Shown piece after piece: positions 52,223 through 64,000 of a stretch of DNA of 64,000 nucleotides. Source of the stretch: the human T2T-CHM13v2.0 reference genome, Homo sapiens; NCBI RefSeq assembly GCF_009914755.1, contig NC_060945.1; one strand, given 5' to 3'. Each line of letters begins with the position of its first letter. Position 1 is the first letter of the stretch. The notes beneath the pieces were generated by a model. That model ran no database searches. It had not been told where the DNA came from and was given only the letters and a program-made list of their open reading frames with translations. Both the position numbers and the translations under genes were made by a program.

Positions 52223-52961
52223 CTAAATCTCCTCCATCAGAGCCCGGTATTCTTCCTCGCTGAGGGGTGCTTCCAGCGAGGCGGCCTCTTACAAGGCCTC
52301 CAGCTCCCCCGCGGCCTCCATTTCTAGGAAAGGTTGTGCCTGCTGAAGAAACTCCGGGCTCGCCAGGAGCTCATCCAGCAGCAGGATGGAGTGGAGTGCA
52401 GACGAGCACCCCGGCTCCAGGAGCGCCTGGGAGGGTGCCGAGATGCCTTGCATCTGCCCCTGCCGTGTGGAGGCCTCTGGGGGCGTGGGCTGGTGAGGTG
52501 GAGTTGCCCCTGCTTGAGGTTCCACGCCACACCGGCGACCTGGGTACCCCTGCTCCACCCCCACCACGGACTTCCCTGGGACGCGGGTGGCGCAAGCACA
52601 CCTTGGCCCTGTGGCCCCGCTTGAGAGGGCCCAGGCTGCCCCACCGCGCAAGTGCCTGGAAGGCCGTCGCGCTGCGCGTCCCAGTCCTTCCGGATTTTGT
52701 CCTTGTGTGGATGCCACCAAGGAGTGTGAGTGTGGGAGAGCGCCCCTTCTGGAGGAGCCTGGGCGGTGTAGGCAAAATCCCCATGTGCTGGGGCAGGTTG
52801 GGAGATCCCCTCTGCCTGCGCGGCCTGGCTGGGCAGGAGCACAGGGACGGCCCTCAATCCATGGCTCACGAAAGCCCACTGTGGGAGAGCATGTGTGGTG
52901 CAGGAAGCCCCTTTCCCCACGCGCCAGTGTGGGCAAAGGCGACCCACGAGAGAGCAGGGTG
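52223..52961 (-). pseudogene. Vestigial DUX4-type C-terminal coding sequence, now 3' of the DUX1-type stop codon
   Basis: Frameshifted remnants including [21 protein letters not shown] and the ancestral TAG at 52223-52225. Confidence 0.8.
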
Positions 52962-53891
<930 letters not shown>

Positions 53892-54266
53892 TCAGCAGGG
53901 AGAAACCGGCCTGGGAGGGTGGAGGAGAGTGTGGAACTGAACCTCCGTGGGAGTCTTGAGTGTTCCAGGCCCTCTCTCCGTGAAGGAGGCCGTGCCTGTT
54001 GGTGTCTCCGTTGCCAGGACAGTCTCACACACGCAGGCGTGTGGCTCTCGTTCATTTCCACGTAGGAAACCAGAGCGAGATCCCAGAGAGAAGATGCCTC
54101 CCCGGCGTGATGACCTGATGATGGATTCCCGTGTGCGGCAACATGGGTAGTCTGCAGTGTGGCCAGTGTGGAAACTGGCAAGGAGAGCGAAGGCACCATG
54201 CCGGTCTTCCCCCCTGCCCTGCATGTTTCCGGGTACCCGTAGAGCTCCGGGAGCAAAGAGTCAGCA

Positions 54267-57200
54267 TGACACATCTCTGAACTGATCAACAAAGTGATGT
54301 AACACTTGTCTAGGCTCTGCCTACATCGGCTTTGTGACATATCTCTGCACTGATCACCCAGGTAATGGGACTCTTGTCTAGGCTGTGTGTATGGGGGCTT
54401 TGTGACATATCTCTGCACTGATCACCCAGGTAATGGGGCTCTTGTCTAGGCTGTGTGTATGGGGGCTTTGTGACATATCTCTGCACTGATCACCCAGGTG
54501 ATGTAACGCTTGACTAGGCTCTGCCTACGGGGCATAGTGACATATCACTGCATTGATCACTGAGGTGATGTAACTCTTGTCCAGGCTCTGCCTATAGGGG
54601 GCCTTGTGACATATCTCTGGACTGATCATCTAGGTGATGTAACTGTTGCTTATGCTCTGCCTGCAGGGACATTGTGAAATATCTCTGCACTGATCCCCTA
54701 GGTGATGGGACACCTCTCTAGGCTCTGCCTACTGGGGGCATTGTCACATATTTTTGCACTGATCACCCAGGTGATGGACTCTTGTCTTGGATTTGCCTAG
54801 GGGGTCATTGTGACATATCACTGCACTGATCACCCAGGTGATGTAACCCTGGTTTAAGCTCTGCCTAAAGGGGCATTGTGACAGATCTCTGCACTGATCA
54901 CTCAGGTGATGTAACTATTGCCTAGGCTCTGCTTAAAGAGGCCTTGTCACTTATCTCTACACTGATCACCCAGGTGATGTAACTATTGTCTAGGATCTGC
55001 TTTCAGGGGGTATTGTGACATATCTCTGCATGGATCACCTAAGTGTTGTAACACTTGTGTAGGCTCTGCCTACAGGGGCATTTTGACATATCTCTGCACT
55101 GTTAAAAGAGGTGATGTAACTCTTGTCTAGGCTGTGCACATAGGGGGATTGAGATATATCTCTGCACTGTTCCCGAGGTGATCCAACTCTTGCCTGGTCT
55201 CTGCCTACTGGGAAAATTGTGACATATATCTGCACTGATCTCCCAGGTGCTGTAAATTTAGTCCAGGCTCTGGCTACATGGCATGGTGACATATCACTGC
55301 ACTGATCACCCTGCTGATATAACTCTTCTCTAGGATCTGCCTACAGGGTACTTTGTGACATATCCCTGCAATGGTCACCCAGGTGATATACCACTTGTCA
55401 AGGCTCTGCCTACAGGGACATTGCGATGTATCTCTGCACTGACAACCTAGGTCATATAACTCTTGTCTAGGATCTGCCTACAGTGGCATTGTGACATATC
55501 TCTGCACTGATCATCCAAGTGATGTAACATTTGTCTAGGATCTGCCTAAAGGGACTTTGTGACATAACTCTCCACTGATTATCCAGGTGATTGGGCTTTT
55601 GTCAAGGCTCTGTCTAAGGGGGCCTTGTGACATATTTCTGCACTGATCACACACGTGACGGACTCTTGTCTTGGATCTGCCTGTGGGGGCATTGTGACAA
55701 ATCTCTGCACTGATCACTCAGGTGTTGTAACTGTTGTATAACCTCTGCCTACAGGGGAATTGTGAGAGATCTCGCCACTTATCAACCAAGTGATGTAACG
55801 ATAGTCTAGGCTTTCCCTACAGGGTGCTTTGTGACATACCTTTGTACTGATCATCCAGCTGATGTAACTCATCTAAGTTCTGCCTCCAGGAGCTTTGTGA
55901 CATATCTCTGCACTGATCACTTATGCGATGTAACAGTTTTATAAGCACTGCCTACAGGGAATTTTGACAAATCTCTGCACTGATCACCTAGGTGATGTAA
56001 CTCTTGTCTACCCACTGTGCAAAGGGGTCATTGTGAAATATCTCTGCACTGAACACCCACGTGATTCAACTCTTGTTTAGGATCTGCCTACAGGGGGTAT
56101 TGTGAAATATATCTGCACTGATCAACTAGGTGATGTAACTCTTGTCTAGGCTCTGCCCTCAGGGGCATTTTCACATATCACTGAACTGATGACAAAGGTG
56201 ATGTAACACTTGCCTAGGCTTTGCCTACAGGGGCATTGTGACATACCTCTGCACTGATCACTCAGGTGATGCAACTCTTCTCTATGTTCTGCCTACAGGG
56301 GGCATTGTGACATATCTCTGCACTGATCACCCAGGTGATGTAACTCTTCTCTAGTCTCTGCCTACAGAAGGCGTTGTGACATCACTCTGCACGGATCACC
56401 CGTGTTATGTAACTCTTGTCTAGGCTCTGCCTACCGGGGCATTGTGACTTATCTCTGCACTGATCACCCAGGAGATGTGACTCTTTTCTAAGCTATGCCT
56501 AGAGGGACATTGGGACATATCTCTTCACTGATCGCTGACGTGATGTAAAACTTGTCTTGGATTTGCCTACAGTGGGATTTATGACATATCTCTGCACTGA
56601 TCACCCAGGTGATGTAACTCTTGTCTATGCTCTGCTTACAGGGCGTATTGTGAGATATCTCTGCACTGATCACCCAGTTTATGTAACTCTTCTCTAGGCT
56701 CTGCCTATAGGGGCATTTTCACATATCACTGCACTGATCAACGAGATTATGTAACTTTTGTATAGGCTTTGCTGACAGGGGGCATTGAGACATATCTCTG
56801 CACTGATCACTGAGGTGATGCAACTCTTCTCTGGGATCTGCTTACAGGGGGCATTGTGACATATCTCTTCCTTGATCATCCAGGTGATGTAACTCTTGTC
56901 TAGGCTCAGCCTACTCGAGGAATTGTGAGATATCTCCGCACTGATCACCCAGGTGATGTCACTTTTTTCAAGGATATGGCTACAGGGACATTGTGACGTG
57001 TCACTGCACTGATCACACAGCTGATGTAACACTTGTCTAGGCTCTGGCTACAGAGGGCTTGTGACATATCTCTGCACTGATAACCCAGGTAATGTAACAT
57101 TTATCCAGCCTCTGCCTACAGGGGCGTTTTGACATAGCTCTGCACAGATCACCTAGGTTATGTAACTCCTGTCCACTCTCTGCCTACAGGGGTCATTGCA

Positions 57201-58486
57201 AAATATCTCTGCTCTGATCACCCAGGTGATGGGACTCTTCTCTATACTCTGCCTAGAGGGGGATTTGCGACATGTATCTGCACTGATCACCCAGGTGATG
57301 GAAGTCTTGTCTAGGGTCTGTCTATGGGGACATTGTGTCAAATATCTGCACTGATCACCCAGGTGATGTAACTCTTGTCTAGGCTCTGTCTACCGGGATT
57401 TTTGTGACATATCACTGCACTGATCACCTAGGTGATGTAAGTCTTGTATTGTCTTTGCCTACAGAGTGCTTTGTGATATATCTATGCACTGATCTCTGAG
57501 GTGATGCAGCTCTTGTCTAGGCACTGCCTACAGGGGACATTGGCACATCTCTCTGCACTGATCACCCAGGTGATGGACTCTTGTCTTAGATCTGCCTACA
57601 TGGTCTTTGTGACACATCTGTGAACTGATCAACCCAGTGATGAAACTCTTGTCTAGGCTCTGCCTACAGGGGCTTTGTGACACATCTCTGCACTAATTGC
57701 CCTGGAGAGGGAACTCTTGTCTAGGCTCTGCTTACAGGAGGCTTTATGACTTTTACCTGCACTGATTACCTAGGTGATGTAACACTTGTGTAGACTCTGC
57801 CTACACTGGAATTCTCACATATCTCTGCACTGATCACCCGGGTGATGTAACTCCTTTCTAGGTTCAGCCTACAGGAGTGTTTTGATATATCTCTGCACTG
57901 ATCACCCAGGTGATGTAACACTTGTCTAAGCTCTGCCTACATGGGCATTGTGACAGATCTCTCCACTGCTCACCCAGGTGATGTAACAATTCTCTGGGAT
58001 TTGCCTACAAGGGGCTTTGGGATATACATTTCCACTGATCAAACAGGTGATGTAACCCTTGTCAAGGTTCTGCTTACAGGGGCTTTGAGACATATCTCTG
58101 CACTGATCACCCCTGAGAGGAAACACTTGTCTACACTCTGCCTACAGAAGGCTTTACGACTTATCCCTGCACTGATCACTAGGTGATGTAACACTTGTCT
58201 AGGCTCTGTCTACACGGGAATTTTCACATATGTCTACACTGATCACCTAAGTGATGTAATCCTTGTCTAGGTTTAGCCTACTGGGGATTTCTGACATACC
58301 TATGCACTGATCACCGAGGTGATGTAAATCATTTCCAGGCTTTTTGTACAGGGGACATTGTGATATATCTCTGCACTGATCACCCAAGTGATGCAAATCT
58401 TCTCTAGCCTCCGCAGGGAGGGGGCATTGTGACATATTTCTGAACTGACCATCCAGGAGATGTAACTATTCTCCCGGCTTTGACTA
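54267..58486 (-). repeat. Beta satellite array
   Basis: Continuous diverged 68-bp monomers; near-identical monomer pair at 54330-54500. Confidence 0.97.
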
Positions 58487-61243
<2,757 letters not shown>

Positions 61244-64000
61244 TGACACATCTCTGAACTGATCAACAAAGTAATGTAACTCTTGTCTAGGCTCTGCCTA
61301 CAGGGGCTTTGTGACATATCTCTGCAGTGATCACCCAGGTGATGGGACCTTTGTCTAGGCTCTGCCTATGGGGGCATTGTGACATATCTCTACACTGATC
61401 ACCAAGGTGATGCAACTCTTGTGTTGGATCTGCCTATGGGGGCATTGTGACATATTTCTGCACTGATCACCCAGGTGATGGGACATTTGTCTAGGCTCCG
61501 TGTATGGGGGCTTTGCGACATATCTGATCACTGATCACCCAGGTGATGTAACCCTTGACTAGGCCCTCCCTACGGGGCATAGTGACATATCACTGTATTG
61601 ATCACTGAGGTGATGTAACTCTTGTCCAGGCTCTCCCTCTAGGGGGCCTAGTGACATATTTCTGCACTGATCATCTAGGTGATGTAACTCCCTCTGACAC
61701 TCTACCTGCAGGGGCACTGTGAAATATCTCTGCACTGATCATCCAGGTGATGGGACTCTTCTCTAGGCTTTGCCTACTGTGGGCATTGTCACATATTTCT
61801 GCACTGATCACCCAGGTGACGGACTCTTGTCTTGTATTTGCCTATGGGGACATTGTGACATATCTCTGCACTGATCACCCACGTGATGTAACTCTGGTCT
61901 AAGCTCTGCCTAAAGGGGCATTGTGAGAGATCTCTGCACTGATCACTCAGGTGATGTAACTATTGTCTAGGCTCTGCTTAAAGGGGCCTTGTCACATATC
62001 TGTTAACTGATCACCCAGGTGTTGTAACCCTTGCCTAGGCTCTGCCTACAGGAGCTTTGTGACATATCTCTGCACTGATCACTTAGGTGATGTGACACTT
62101 TTATAAGCAGTGCCTACAGGGAATTTTGACAAATCTCTGCACTGATCACTTAGGTGATGTAATTCTTGTCTACCCTCTGCCCAAAGGGGGCATTGTGAAA
62201 TGTCTCTGCTCTGATCACCCAGGTGATTCAACTCCTGTCTAGGATCTGCCTACAGGAGAATTGTGAAATATCTCTGTACTGATCAACTAGGTGATGTAAC
62301 TCTTGTCAAGGCTCTGCCTACAAGGGCGTTTTCACATATCCCTGAACTGATAACAAAGGTGATGTAACGCCTACAGGGGACATTGTGATATATAGCTGCA
62401 CTGATAACCCAGGTGATGCAACTCTTCTCTATGCTCTGCCTACAGGGGACATTGTGTCATATCTCTGCACTGATCACCCAGGTGATGCAACTCTTCTCTA
62501 TGCTCTGCCTACAGGGGACATTGTGACATATCTCTGCACTGATCGCTGAGATGATTTAAAACGTGTCTAGGCTTTGCCTACAGTGGGATTTATGACATTT
62601 CTCTGCACTGGTCACCGATGTGATGTAACTCTTCTCTAGGCTCTGCTTAAAGGGGCTATTGTGAGATATCTCTGCACTGATCACCCAGGTGATGTAACTC
62701 TTGTCTAGGCTATGCCTACAGGTGCATTTTCACATATCACTGCACTGATCACCGAGATTATGTAACTCTTGTAAAGGCTTTGCCAACAAGGGGCATTGAG
62801 ACATGTCTCTGCACTGATTACCGAGGTGATGCAACTCTGGTCTGGTATCTGCCTACAGGGGGCATTGTGACATATCTTTGCCCGGAACACCCAGATGATG
62901 TAACTCTTGTCTAGGCTCTACCTACAGGAGGCATTGTGACATATCTCCGCACTGATCACCCAGGTGATGTCATTTTATCAAGGATATGGCTACAGCGATA
63001 TTGTGACATCTCACTGCACTGATCACACAGGTGATGTAACATTATCTAGGCTCTGCCTACCGTGGCGTTTTGACATAGCTCTGCACAGATCACCTAGGTT
63101 ATGTAACTCTTGTCCACTCTCTGCCTACAGGGGGCATTGTGAAATATCTCTGCACGGATCACCCAGGTGATGGGACTCTTCTCTATACTCTGCCTAGAGG
63201 GGAATTTGTGACATATCTCTGCACTGATCAACCAGGTGATGGAAGTCTTGTCTAGGCTCTGTCTATGGGGACATTGTGTCAAATATCTGCACTGATCACC
63301 CAGGTAATGTAACTCTTTCCTAGACTCTGTCTACAGGGATTTTTGTGACATATCACTGCACTGATCACCTAGGTGATGTAAGCCTTGTATGAGCTTTGCC
63401 TACAGAAGGCTTTGTGACATATCTATGCACTGATCTCTGAGGTGATGCAACTCTTGTCTAGGCACTGCCTACATTGGACATTGGTACATATCTCTGCACT
63501 GATCACCCAGGTGATGGACTCTTGTCTTAGATCTGCCTACATGGACATAGTGACACATCTCTGAACTGATCAACCAAGTGATGAAACTATTGTCTAGGCT
63601 CTGCCTACAAGGGCTTTGTGACACATCTCTGCACTGATCACCCTGCTGATGTAAGTCTGGTCTAAGGTCTGCCTAAAGGGGCATTGTGACAGATCTCTGC
63701 ACTGATCACTCCGGTGATGTAACTATTGTCTAAGCTCTGCTTTAAGGGGCTTTGTCACATATCTCTGCACTGATAACCCAGGTGATGTAACACTTCTCTA
63801 CGCTCTGCTTACAGGGAGTATTGTGTCTTATCTCTGCACTGATCACCTAAGTGATATAACTATTGTGTAGGCTCTGCCTACAGGGGCATTTTGACATATC
63901 TCTGCACTGTTAACCGAGGTAATGTAACTCTTGTCTAGGCTGTGCCCACAGGGGGATTGAGACATATCTCTGCCCTGATCCCGAGGTGATCCAACTCTTG
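61244..64000 (-). repeat. Beta satellite array (runs off the window)
   Basis: Continuous diverged 68-bp monomers. Confidence 0.97.

Overview
Primate (most likely human or great-ape) heterochromatic DNA of the beta-satellite/D4Z4-like composite type typical of acrocentric short arms and some pericentromeres; the exact locus cannot be fixed from sequence alone. About 70% of the window is 68-bp beta satellite (Sau3A/BSR). It is interrupted by eight GC-rich D4Z4-related double-homeobox cassettes. Five are complete (~2.75 kb, minus strand, with near-identical satellite junctions) and three are rearranged around a ~6.2-kb inverted segment (22923-29168). Most DUX frames are dead through nonsense or frameshift lesions. 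Two are open through both homeodomains: a 170-aa DUX1/DUX5-type ORF (52962-53474, -) and a GTG-initiated chimeric DUX4-like ORF (28101-29498, +) whose transactivation tail is replaced by antisense sequence across the inversion junction. Each complete cassette ends like the distal 4qA DUX4 locus (exon 2/KpnI, pLAM-like exon 3, beta satellite) but has GTCACA at the position of the FSHD poly(A) signal; the orphan pLAM-like end at 22587 has ATCACA. A separate satellite monomer at 48658-48675, downstream of the intact DUX1-type ORF on the same strand, carries the GATATATTAAAATGCCCC context. Reference DUX1/DUX4/DUX5/pLAM sequences were recalled from memory, coordinates were read by eye, and junctions are approximate (about +/-5 bp). 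Nearly all other ORFs in the track are satellite or GC-rich shadow frames.
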